Shown here: one piece after another, positions 16,883 through 25,629 of the stretch
How the letters are laid out: each line of letters opens with the position of its first letter
How positions within the stretch are numbered: position 1 is the stretch's first letter
Assembly: GCA_965214405.1 (NCBI GenBank)
Contig: OZ243956.1
Span: 1,920,001-1,984,000, forward strand
Direction of reading: 5' to 3'
DNA: 64,000 nucleotides
Source: Trueperaceae bacterium
GTDB lineage: Bacteria > Deinococcota > Deinococci > Deinococcales > Trueperaceae
Made by a program: the position numbers and the translations under genes
Notes under the pieces: model-generated
Told to the model about the DNA's origin: nothing
The model's database searches: none
The model's input: only the letters and a program-made list of their open reading frames with translations

Positions 16883-18022
16883 TCAGGGCGTCTCGCCCAG
16901 CATCAGCAGGGACTCGGGCTTGATGACGGTGAGCGCGCCCGTCGGGGCGGGGTCAACGGCTCCCGTGAGACTCAGCACGTCGTCAAAGCGCAGCACCGCG
17001 TCGAGCACCTTGTCGCCGACGTACAGGGCCGAGCCGTCAAAGGCTAAGTCGGACGGGTTGCCGAGACCTGTGTTTGGTCCGGCGAGTTGCGCCTTGACTT
17101 CCGTTTCGCCGTCGGCGCGGCTCGCGTTCTCGAGCACGAAGAGCTTGCCGTCGGTATCAAAACCTGGCTCGTCGGAATCCTTGGCGGGACCGAAGTCCGC
17201 CACGACGAGCGTGTCTTGCTCGCTCAGGTAGAGTATCCCGTGCAGGTTGGCGGAAACGGGCTCGCCCTCCAACGTCGGGACGATGACGCGGTCGGGTCCG
17301 CCTTGTCCGCGCTCCAGCAGATAATCGTCGTAGACGAGAACGGTTCCGTCGGTTGCCGCGACGTAGAGACGCTGCTGCGCCGAGTCGACCTCGACGGCCC
17401 AGGGCTGGCGCGGCTCGCCCGCAGCGGTCTGCCCCAAGTCGGTGATGTCAAAGAGCGGAGCGACGTCGCCGCTGGCTTGCGTATCAAAACCCTTGACGGT
17501 GTTCGTGCCGAAGTCCGCCACGACGACCACGCCGAGACCGCTGTCTACCGCTAAACCTTTGGGTTCGTCGAGCCCCGTCGCCGCGCCGCTGATGCGCCGG
17601 TCGCGCTCGGGGTCGAAGCCGCCGGGCTGTTCCGTAAAGCGCGGCATGGCTAAGATGCCGCCGGGGGCGTCGGCGTCCGCGCCCACGTCGAAGCTGAGAA
17701 AGGCGGTGTCGGTGTCGGTGAGGCGCAGGTATTCGAAGCTCAGCACCTCGCCCCCGGCGTGAAAGAGGTCGGCTGAGGTCGAGAGGTCGGACTCGAGCCA
17801 AACCACGGCCGAAACGGGGTCGGATTCGAGGACGGCCAAAGGCGGCTTGCTCACCGCGAGAATCAACCCCGACTCCAAGCTCGTGACGCTCGAGCCGCCC
17901 GTGTCCGAACTTGCCGTATCCTGCGCCCAACTCGAGGCAGAGAGCAGCAGAAGTCCGGCTAGAAGCGGCGTGGCGAAAAAAGACAGCGTGAAGTGCGAGG
18001 CTAAGCGGTTGTGTGAAAACAT
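16883..18022 (-). CDS. Secreted beta-propeller (NHL/YncE-like) protein
   Basis: Signal peptide ending SWA-Q; repeats GLDEPKGLAVD, PWAVEVD...LYVA, LHGILY...LVVADFG, GLGNPSDLAFDG..LYVGD. Confidence 0.7.
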   Translation of the reverse strand: MFSHNRLASHFTLSFFATPLLAGLLLLSASSWAQDTASSDTGGSSVTSLESGLILAVSKPPLAVLESDPVSAVVWLESDLSTSADLFHAGGEVLSFEYLRLTDTDTAFLSFDVGADADAPGGILAMPRFTEQPGGFDPERDRRISGAATGLDEPKGLAVDSGLGVVVVADFGTNTVKGFDTQASGDVAPLFDITDLGQTAAGEPRQPWAVEVDSAQQRLYVAATDGTVLVYDDYLLERGQGGPDRVIVPTLEGEPVSANLHGILYLSEQDTLVVADFGPAKDSDEPGFDTDGKLFVLENASRADGETEVKAQLAGPNTGLGNPSDLAFDGSALYVGDKVLDAVLRFDDVLSLTGAVDPAPTGALTVIKPESLLMLGETP

Positions 18023-18141
18023 AGATTCCCCCTCGGTTGGTTTGTACTCGGCTCATTCTATCTGTCTAAATCTTAGAAGAATATGAGCGTCGCTGCGCAT
18101 TACCTGGTCTTTTCCTTTACCTCCTCGGCTCAGCGCCTTGC

Positions 18142-19260
18142 TTACTCATCCGGCACGTAGCGTAGAATCAGAGACTGCGTCACCACGTCGCCATTCACAG
18201 TCGTCGCTTGCACCTCCAGACGGTTTTCCCCGCGCTCCAGCCCCGATACTGTAAACATGAACCGCCCCGCCGAGAAGGGCGCGGCGGTGAACTCTCCGCC
18301 GCCGAGTCGGTAGCGCAGCTCGCGCACCTCGCTTCTCACGCTGCCGCGCACCACGGCGCTGCTCGTACTCAGCGTCGCGCCGTCTTCCGGGCTCAGTAGC
18401 TCGATAGGGCTTGCCGCCTGGACGTCGTTGAGGGGAACGCTGCTCAGCGGGTCGGTCGGTTGGGGGCTGCCGCCGGGAGGCTCCACGCTCAAATAGAGCG
18501 ACGCGAACCCGTCTGTTGACACTTGAAACACGGCGTCCCGAGAGACCTCCAAGGAGGTCAGTTGTTCGCCGCTCTGCGGGCTCCAGTCGTCGCTGGTGTG
18601 GCCCCAGGCTTGGTAGACGCGCCCAGGCGGCGGCGGCGCGGCGAGCACGAACAGCGCGTCGCCGGGGCGTGCGAGCGCTGTACCGAGGCGCTCATCAGCT
18701 TCGCTGTAGAGCGTGAGGGTGCCTACGTCGGGCGCGGCGAGAAAGCGCGTAAGGAGAGCCTGGTCGGTCTGTAGCCGCTCGAAGGCGAGCTGCGTGCGGT
18801 AGCTCTGAAAAAATCCCGCACCCGCTAAAACGAGGCACGCGGCGACGAGCCAACGTGGAATGCGAGGGCGTCTATCCTGAATAACGTTACGTGGTGCTCG
18901 ACGTGATGACGAAGCCGAGGGTGTGGGTAAACGCGTAACCCCATCCTCACCCCTGACGGCGGCGCGGTCAGAGTCTCGAGTTTCGTCCGGACCCTCACCG
19001 AGTCGCCCCGCCTGTGGAGCGGTCTCGGCTGTTTCCGCCCGCTTCGCGCTCCCGATGCGGCTCATCAACCCAGCTTTAGCGCCTTTAGGCGGCGGGACTT
19101 CGGGTAGCGCGTCCACCCAACCCAGCAACACCCGGTCAAATTGACGCACCTCTTCTTGGCACGTTTCGCACTCCCTGAGGTGCGCTTCGACCGCCGCAGC
19201 CTCGTCAGGGCCTAAAAGCCCCAGGGCGTAGTCGGGTAACAGCGCTTTAGGGTGCTTCAT
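18142..19260 (-). CDS. Anti-sigma factor (zf-HC2/ZAS, TM helix, RskA-like domain) with an extra C-terminal Ig-like domain
   Basis: LLPDYALGLL...HLRECETC (HxxxCxxC); TM WLVAACLVLAGAGFF; YQAW and SVEPPGGSPQPT RskA motifs. Overlaps the sigma gene. Confidence 0.85.
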   Translation of the reverse strand: MKHPKALLPDYALGLLGPDEAAAVEAHLRECETCQEEVRQFDRVLLGWVDALPEVPPPKGAKAGLMSRIGSAKRAETAETAPQAGRLGEGPDETRDSDRAAVRGEDGVTRLPTPSASSSRRAPRNVIQDRRPRIPRWLVAACLVLAGAGFFQSYRTQLAFERLQTDQALLTRFLAAPDVGTLTLYSEADERLGTALARPGDALFVLAAPPPPGRVYQAWGHTSDDWSPQSGEQLTSLEVSRDAVFQVSTDGFASLYLSVEPPGGSPQPTDPLSSVPLNDVQAASPIELLSPEDGATLSTSSAVVRGSVRSEVRELRYRLGGGEFTAAPFSAGRFMFTVSGLERGENRLEVQATTVNGDVVTQSLILRYVPDE

Positions 19261-19789
19261 GATGCTCCATGATCTCCCGCAACTTAAGCAGCGCCCGCCT
19301 AATCTTACTCCGCACCGTGCCCAGCGGTTTCTCCTCGAGTTCGGCGATTTCCGCGTAACTGTAGCCTAAGAAGTAAGCGTGCTCGAGCAGCCCGCGCTCC
19401 TCGTCGCTCAGGCGGGCCAGGCCGCGCTCGAGCCAGAGCCGCGTCGTCACGTCCCTTTCCGCCGCCTCAAAAGGCACGCCAGGGTCGTGAACGTCCCAGG
19501 CGTCCGCCTTGACGGGGCGCGACTGGCGCTTGCGGAGCCGGGAGTACGCCTCGTTGCGAGCCAGCGTATAGATAAACGCCCGCGGCGAGCGCTCCCAGGT
19601 GTGATAGCCCGTGTCCATGTTGAAAAGTTTGTAAAAGGTCTCTTGCAAGACCTCTTCAGCCTCCTCGCGGCTACCCATGAGCTGAAAGACCAAGGTATAC
19701 ACCTTGGTGCTCAGGCGGTCGTAAAGTTCACTTAGGGCTGCTTCGTCGCCCTGAGAAGCGCGGGCGAGCAGCGCGGCTTCGGGGTCCAT
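19247..19789 (-). CDS. ECF RNA polymerase sigma factor (SigK-like)
   Basis: Region 2 GDEAALSELYDR...AEEVLQETF; region 4 GYSYAEIAE...PLGTVRSKIRRAL. Confidence 0.93.
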   Translation of the reverse strand: MDPEAALLARASQGDEAALSELYDRLSTKVYTLVFQLMGSREEAEEVLQETFYKLFNMDTGYHTWERSPRAFIYTLARNEAYSRLRKRQSRPVKADAWDVHDPGVPFEAAERDVTTRLWLERGLARLSDEERGLLEHAYFLGYSYAEIAELEEKPLGTVRSKIRRALLKLREIMEHHEAP

Positions 19790-19952
19790 GAGCCTCGCTT
19801 ATCGGTACACTTTATAAGTTGAGCATAGCAAGTGGCTGTTCGGTTCGTCCGCTTCGCGCTTCACGCAGACAAAAGCGCTAGGCTCAGTCGTTCAGAATAC
19901 AGGCGAACTCCTGCCAAAACCGCTTGCGACATGCGGACGGGTTGAGAGGTTC

Positions 19953-19978
19953 ATACGGACCCAAATCAAATAGATATG
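19953..19978 (-). promoter_or_regulatory. Candidate autoregulatory ECF promoter CATATCT-N14-CGTAT
   Basis: About 165 bp upstream of the sigma start; matches 16637-16662 in sequence and spacing. Confidence 0.45.
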
Positions 19979-20159
19979 GATTAACAGTGAGCAAAGCGAC
20001 CTCCAGCGTGAAATGGGTAAGATGATGTCGGGTGCTGCCTAACCTATGAAACGCAGCTTCACGATATTTGTATGCAAAACGCCGTGGACACTTTGGGTTT
20101 TATGATATTGGCTTCTGGCGGTCGTAGCAGCGGCTGGCGGCGGAACAGGAAGAGATTTG

Positions 20160-20360
20160 CCCGTAAACGACTCCGCCCGTACCATCTCACCACAGCGGGC
20201 AGCAGAAACACCCCCAGGAGCGGGAACGGCGCGCAGTCCAAGTAGCCCACCAAGGCAGTTGGCCCGAGCGCTTTAGAAAAAACCACCGACACAAGGACAA
20301 GACAGCAGAGCGTGGTCAGGATTACGCCGATGATGCCGATGTGGAGGGGGCGGTTGCTTC
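20160..20360 (-). pseudogene. merF: Degenerate MerF-like mercury/metal transporter remnant
   Basis: LHIGIIGVILTTLCCLVLVSVVFSKALGPTALVGYLDCAPFPLLGVFLL parallels MerF (..IIGTTLVALCCFTPVLVILLGVVGLSALTGYLDYVLLPALAIF). Helix-breaking substitutions and no clear start. Boundaries approximate. Confidence 0.55.
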
Positions 20361-20751
20361 TCTTTTTTGATTTTTCCAGCGTTTTCACTTGAGTTTGCTG
20401 TAGCAAATTCAAGTGCGAGCGGATGCAAGTAGAGATGGACGCAACCGGTTGTGTAGCAGTGAAGTAACCTATGATAGCGCTTTTCATATCAGTACATGTT
20501 CCCCACGACCAGCCCTTGGCCCCGTTCTCCTCTGAGGGGCGTAACCCGAAGGCAATCCCAACTTAGGCCACAACGCCGCTGAAAAAGGAACGAGAACCTG
20601 TTCGGTTTATGTGTGACTACGGGCCGTCTCACGCATAAGCAAATTGGCGAGGTAGTCAGAAGCTCTGTCCGACCCACTTCCGCTGCAGTGCTCAAACCTC
20701 GCTATAGGAACTGTGTAAGCATATCCGTATAACTGTATTCGAAACTCGACT

Positions 20752-20913
20752 ATTTTAGGAAATTGCAGAGATGGTTTTACCATTTCACTGCAAACTGGAT
20801 TTTACGCACCTTCAATAAAGCGTTTGTCACGCACCACCGTTGCAGGGTTGAGCTTGATCCCTACAACATTGTTGTAGGGGGTAAGTTCATTCCTGCAATA
20901 GTAAATTTAACTT
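20752..20913 (+). repeat. Structured non-coding repeat, copy A
   Basis: Aligns by eye at roughly 75% identity with 41711-41869 and contains a 28-bp hairpin (20840-20898). Confidence 0.8.
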
Positions 20914-20967
20914 CAAACCTCGGGTGCTAGGGGATAGAGACAAAGGTAAACACAAAAAAAGTGGAAA

Positions 20968-21235
20968 ATGGAGGAGTGTCTAAGCCCACCATTTTCCACT
21001 TTTCTGCCTAACTTGACCGAGCTGTTCACGCTCGTGTATGTGTTTGTCGATGATTACCTCCTGGCCGCCCAACGAGCAGGGCTTTGCGAGTTACCCAAGT
21101 CGCACAACCAAAAAGGGAGCTATAGCGAACTGATGACGATTGGGCTGGTGGGGGAGCTGTTGAAGCAACGCTACAGCGGAGACTGGTTCGAGTTCGTTAA
21201 GAGCGAGTACCGCGCTTTGTTTCCCGAGTTGCCCG
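20968..21235 (+). mobile_element. Truncated IS982-family-like transposase (N-terminal fragment)
   Basis: ELFTLVYVFVDDYL...QKGSYSELMTIGLVGELL...WFEFV...LFPELP resembles the IS982 transposase N-terminus; breaks off before the DDE domain. Confidence 0.7.
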
Positions 21236-21431
21236 CGACCTTCCCGACGTGCCCAACGTGGAACTGACCGGTCTCATCTACGCCTCGGTTCATGGGCTCA
21301 TCGACCTTCAGATGGTTGGACGGATGCGTCAAGAGAAGGGGCTGGCGGACGCCCATAAAGGTGCAGAACTGCTTGTAAAACTTTTGCAGCCCATACGGGG
21401 CTCTGCTGAACCGATGAACAGAGTTCAGTAA
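21236..21431 (+). pseudogene. C-terminal remnant of a TetR-family (WHG-type) regulator
   Basis: LTGLIYASVHGLIDLQMVGRMRQEKGL resembles the WHG-type TetR C-terminal domain; no N-terminal HTH, joined to the IS fragment. Confidence 0.45.
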
Positions 21432-21732
21432 GGCTTTGTGTACATACAAGCTCATGATCTCCGCCTTTTCCCAGGCCGCTTCCTGGACGTTACAGGAGAC
21501 CGCTACCCCAACCACAGGCAAGCATCCCAATATTTTGAGGCGCTGTATGAATACTGGTGTGCGATGTTGTGCGTGATTCCGGACCTTCTCACGCATAAGA
21601 GAGTAGTGTTCTTCTAGCTCCAACTAATTGAGCAACGGTATCCAGAGCGGGTACTGTTGCTCAATTAACTGGCTAGTCTGGCAAAGCGCGACACATAAAC
21701 TTCAGAGATTTTGGACAGAACCCCGAAAGGCT

Positions 21733-22421
21733 TTAAGGCCGACGGATAGTCAAACCTACCGCATAACGCGTGGGTAAACTTAGTGTGACTTCGGGGCGGC
21801 TCGAGGAGCCGAGGCTCGAGCCCGCAAACTTGACCACGCTTCCCGGCCCCGCGCCCGTGGCGTCCGTCTGATTAACGACCCACACGTTGCCGGTCGCGTC
21901 AAAAGCCAGACCGTCGGGGTCGTACACGCCTTGGCTGAGCGTTACATCCACCAAACCATCCGCTGCAACGGCGAACGCGCCTCGGCGAGGTTGACGAGCG
22001 GCGCATCATAACTTTTGTTGACGCCCACGAACCAGCCGTCCGCCTGGTGCTGGTCGATGATGGTTTGCCCCCGCACGGGCCTACCGTCCACATAGTAGAT
22101 GTTGTTCGGCCCGATTTCGCCGATGGCTAAGTAAACCACGGCGCGACCTATCGTCTGGATGGTGCGTACCTGGGTAGGCGACAGCGCGCCCGGCTGGATG
22201 ATCGCCAGGTCGCGGCGCGCGAGTTCGTCTACGGTCGCCTGGTCGGGGTTGAACGCGTAATAGGTGGCGTAGGTACGGACGTCGCTTAGGAGCGAAGACC
22301 GCGCGGCGTTGGGTGTGAGCGGCGCGTTTGCTCCCTGCGGCGCCGGGGTCGTTTGACAAGCGGCAAGCAGAATAAGGGTGGTTAGGGCGGCCATAAGGCG
22401 TCCGAAACGGTGAGTCGGCAT
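21733..22421 (-). pseudogene. Internally deleted lipoprotein gene: GH114-like N-terminus joined out of frame to an NHL-repeat C-terminus
   Basis: Lipobox LAAC; YATYY...DLAIIQP...VYLAIGE matches the GH114 at 34119 but stops after ~150 aa. Frame changes near 21978 to PDGLAFDATGNVWVVN. Confidence 0.65.
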
Positions 22422-22523
22422 GGGTTGTCCTCCTACGTCGCCGCTCGAGCCAACAGCTCAGCAACTCGGTTTACGGCTTATAGGCGAGGTTAGGCTTCTC
22501 GCTCCCGTTTGTAAAGCCAGCCT

Positions 22524-22548
22524 TGAGCGAGCCGTCCGAACTCGAGCA
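22524..22548. promoter_or_regulatory. Imperfect operator TGAGCGA-N11-TCGAGCA
   Basis: Upstream of the GH114 lipoprotein remnant; 2 mismatches to the consensus of the two perfect sites. Confidence 0.45.
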
Positions 22549-22557
22549 AACCCAAGC

Positions 22558-23391
22558 CTACGCCGCTCGCCCCGCGCTCCCGAGCAGCCGGATGAGTTCG
22601 CGCGCCCGCTCCCTAAAAGCGTCTCTCGCCCCGCCCAGATAGACGCGCGGGTCGTGAAGCGTCTCATCCTTTAGACTTTCGCGCACGCTTTGGGTAAAAA
22701 CCGCCATCAGCTCGGTGGCGACGTTGACTTTGGCGACCCCGCGCGCCACCGCCCCGGCGAGGTCGGCCTCGGTCACGCCGGACGAGCCGTGTAAGACGAG
22801 CGGATGAGGAACGAGTTGGGCGACGGCCTCGAGCCTTACCAAGTCCAAACTTGCGGACTTGCGCGTCATCTTGTGCTTGCTGCCGATGTCGATAGCCACC
22901 GCGTCACAGCCCGACGCCTCGGCCAGGTCACGAACCATTTCCGGCGTCAACGTTTCCCCCTCACGCCCCTCCTTACTGACGATCTCGAACTCGCCCTCGA
23001 CCACCACGCCGCGTTCATGGGCGGCGTCGCTCAGTATCTTGAGTTGGCGCGCGTTCTCCTCCGGGCCGAGATCGGCCCCCTCCACCATCACCGAGTCAAA
23101 GCCGAGATGAAGGGCGCGTAGCGCGCTCCCCAAGGTTTCGGCGTGATCAAAGTGCAAGATGACGGGCACGCTCGCCGCCTCCTTGAGCGTCTTGCCAATG
23201 GCGAAGAGGCTGGTCAAACCACCGTAGCGCGCGGCATTCTCCGAAATTTGTAAGATGACGGGAGCGCGTTCCTCTTCCGCCGCCCCTACGATGGCCTGAG
23301 CGGTTTCTAAGTTCACAGCGTTAAACGCGGCTAGCGCGTAACGCCCTGCGCGCGCCGCACGGAGCAAGGAGCCGGGGTGAGAGGGGTTCAT
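22558..23391 (-). CDS. Class II fructose/tagatose-1,6-bisphosphate aldolase
   Basis: AAFNAVNLE, PVILHFDH, VEGE, LVLHGSSG, KVNVAT. Start taken at ATG 23391. Confidence 0.9.
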   Translation of the reverse strand: MNPSHPGSLLRAARAGRYALAAFNAVNLETAQAIVGAAEEERAPVILQISENAARYGGLTSLFAIGKTLKEAASVPVILHFDHAETLGSALRALHLGFDSVMVEGADLGPEENARQLKILSDAAHERGVVVEGEFEIVSKEGREGETLTPEMVRDLAEASGCDAVAIDIGSKHKMTRKSASLDLVRLEAVAQLVPHPLVLHGSSGVTEADLAGAVARGVAKVNVATELMAVFTQSVRESLKDETLHDPRVYLGGARDAFRERARELIRLLGSAGRAA

Positions 23392-23435
23392 AGGAGCTAC
23401 TTTAAGAGCAATGGGCCGCCGTTCCAAGGGCTTTT

Positions 23436-23460
23436 TGAGCGAGTTTGGCGGATTCGCTCA
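23436..23460. promoter_or_regulatory. Operator TGAGCGA-N11-TCGCTCA in the divergent aldolase/DeoR promoter
   Basis: Perfect inverted repeat, repeated with identical spacing at 25499-25523. Confidence 0.7.
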
Positions 23461-23509
23461 TGAGAGGCTGAAAAAGGGCGCATCCACGCTTTAGACTCAA
23501 CGCACGTTT

Positions 23510-24316
23510 ATGACCCCCTCAGCCCCCAACAGCCGCGAGCGTCAGCAAAGGATTCACGATTCCGTTTTGCGTAGCGGCGAACTCAGCGTCACCCACATCG
23601 CCGACCTGCTCGGCGTGTCGATCGCCACCGTCCGGCGCGACTTAGCCGCCCTGGAGCGGCGCGGTCTCATCGAGCGCAGGTGGGGCAGGGCGCGGGTGCG
23701 CTCTCCCATCGACTATCTGGACGACTTCAAGACCGTCGCCGCAAGGGAGGTCGCCGCCAAACGCGCCATCGCGGCGGCGGCGAGCGCACACGTAGAAGAA
23801 GGGATGGTCGTCGGTCTCTCGGGCGGCACCACCTGCACCGAGCTGGCGCGCTGGCTGCGCGGGAAGCCCATCACCGTCGTGACCAACGCCATCAACGTCG
23901 CTACGGAACTCTATAACCACAGCTTGACCAAGGTCATTGTCACCGGGGGCGCGCTCAACACCTACTCATATGAACTTGTCGGCGAGATGGTGGGCTACAC
24001 CTTGCAAGAGTACCGGCTCGACCTCTCTTTTGTGGGTTGCAGCGGCGTCACGCCGGACTTCGGTTTTTCGATGCGCGATAGCCTGGAAAGCGCCGTCGCG
24101 CGCGCTTTTCTGAGCGTGTCGGAGCGCGCCATCGTGATTGCCGACCCGAGCAAAGTGGGGCAGAAAACGCTCGCCAAGTTTGCGCCCTTGTCCGCGATCG
24201 ACCGCCTCATTACCGGGGAAGGGCTCAGCCCCGAGTGGCGGGGCCTCCTCGAGGGAGCGGGCCTCACCGTCGAGCTCGCCCTCAGCTTAGGCCCCGCGGA
24301 AGATGTTCAAAGCTGA
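23510..24316 (+). CDS. DeoR/GlpR-family (AgaR-like) transcriptional regulator
   Basis: HTH VSIATVRRDLAALE; sugar-phosphate sensor domain GLSGGTT, VVTNAINVA, ADPSKVG. Confidence 0.93.
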   Translation: MTPSAPNSRERQQRIHDSVLRSGELSVTHIADLLGVSIATVRRDLAALERRGLIERRWGRARVRSPIDYLDDFKTVAAREVAAKRAIAAAASAHVEEGMVVGLSGGTTCTELARWLRGKPITVVTNAINVATELYNHSLTKVIVTGGALNTYSYELVGEMVGYTLQEYRLDLSFVGCSGVTPDFGFSMRDSLESAVARAFLSVSERAIVIADPSKVGQKTLAKFAPLSAIDRLITGEGLSPEWRGLLEGAGLTVELALSLGPAEDVQS

Positions 24317-24317
24317 C

Positions 24318-25196
24318 ATGGCCTTTATCACCCTCACACCCAACTTGGCGCTCGACCGCACGCTTACGCTCTCCCACCCCCTCACCCCCGAAGCCCTCCA
24401 CCGCGTCAGAAAAGTGCGCGAGGCCGCGGGCGGCAAAGGCGTCAACGTGGCGCGGGTGCTTGAAGTCTTGGGTGCAGACGTCACGGTAGCAGGCTTTTTG
24501 GGCGGCTTTAACGGGCAAAAGTTTCGTCACTTGCTAGGGCAAGAAGGCTTAACCGGCCTTTTCGAAACGGTCGGGGGCGAAACGCGCGAGTGTCATATTC
24601 TTTTAGACGCGCACGCTCACCCGACTGAGGTGTATGAGAAGGGTCCAGTCGTCACGCCAGAAGACTGGCGCAACTTAGTCGAGCGCTTTCCTGTAGGTCA
24701 GGTCATCGTTTCCGGCAGCCTCCCCCCAGGGATTTCGCCCGCAGACTTTAGAGAGCTTTTGCAGGAGTTGCAGCAACCTGTGGTGGACTCGAGCGGCGAC
24801 GCGCTCCGGGCCGCGCTGGACGCAGGTGTCGCGCTCGTCAAACCCAACCGCGCCGAACTCGAGAGCCTTGTTCCCGTGACCGGCAACGGCGTGAGCGAAG
24901 CCCAAACGCTCTATGAACGGTGCGGCGTGCCGATTCTCCTGACTTTGGGCGCGGACGGGGCCGCTTACGTCGGTGAAGAGGTGCAGGTTTGCCCCGCGCC
25001 ACAAGTCGAGGTGGTCAATCCCGTCGCCTCGGGTGACAGCTTGCTGGCCGCGTTTTTGTGGGCGCGCGCCGAGGGCTGGAGTGTGAAGCGGGCGCTTAAG
25101 CTCGGCGTGGCTGCCGGGGCGGAAAACGCGGCCTGCGGCGGCGGGGCGAGGCTGTCAAGGGAGGGGGTAATGCGGCGGCTCGAGAATGTAGGATGA
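24318..25196 (+). CDS. 1-phosphofructokinase-family hexose kinase (tagatose-6-phosphate kinase-like)
   Basis: TLTPNLALDRT, AGGKGVNVAR, SGSLPPG, VKPNRAEL, NPVASGDS. Confidence 0.9.
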   Translation: MAFITLTPNLALDRTLTLSHPLTPEALHRVRKVREAAGGKGVNVARVLEVLGADVTVAGFLGGFNGQKFRHLLGQEGLTGLFETVGGETRECHILLDAHAHPTEVYEKGPVVTPEDWRNLVERFPVGQVIVSGSLPPGISPADFRELLQELQQPVVDSSGDALRAALDAGVALVKPNRAELESLVPVTGNGVSEAQTLYERCGVPILLTLGADGAAYVGEEVQVCPAPQVEVVNPVASGDSLLAAFLWARAEGWSVKRALKLGVAAGAENAACGGGARLSREGVMRRLENVG

Positions 25197-25218
25197 GACT
25201 GGGCTCGAGCCCTTACAA

Positions 25219-25406
25219 AAGCCCCCTTAAAGAGGGTCCGAACGAAGTGAGAGCGGTAAAGGGTCGGGGGGATTTCCTCAATTGACTCTGCGGCAAACTT
25301 AAAGAGGCAAATCCCCCCAACCCCCCTTGTTAAGGGGGGCTTTTTAGTGAACGCCCTCGAGCGCCTTTAGCTTCCCCCCTTAACAAGGGGAACCGAGGGA
25401 GGATCT
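25219..25406. repeat. Cluster of REP/SDR-like palindromes (CCCCCCTT..AAGGGGGG family)
   Basis: CCCCCTTAAAGAGGG, GGGTCGGGGGGGATTT...AAATCCCCCCAACCCCCCTTGTTAAGGGGGG and CCCCCCTTAACAAGGGG units in alternating orientation. Confidence 0.7.
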
Positions 25407-25498
25407 GCCCTTGGGCTAGAAGACACCCAACACCCCCATTACCCTTATCGCCTCACGCAAGAACTCCAACCCACGCCTAACGGAAAAGCTAGCCGACT

Positions 25499-25523
25499 TG
25501 AGCGATTCAATGAAATTCGCTCA
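25499..25523. promoter_or_regulatory. Operator TGAGCGA-N11-TCGCTCA upstream of the catabolic/ABC operon
   Basis: Perfect inverted repeat ~105 bp before the amidohydrolase start. Confidence 0.7.
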
Positions 25524-25629
25524 AAAGTGCCCTTGCCTTGTTCCACCATCCCGCTTAGGATGGTGAGAGCGAAACAAACAGTCTTTGTGAGTAAGGACGC
25601 CTCGAGCACGAAAGGATGACCTGGGGTTT

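Noticed and set aside
20059..20487. Intact 142-aa protein
   Set aside because: Only the central part resembles MerF and the flanks look random, so it is treated as a remnant.
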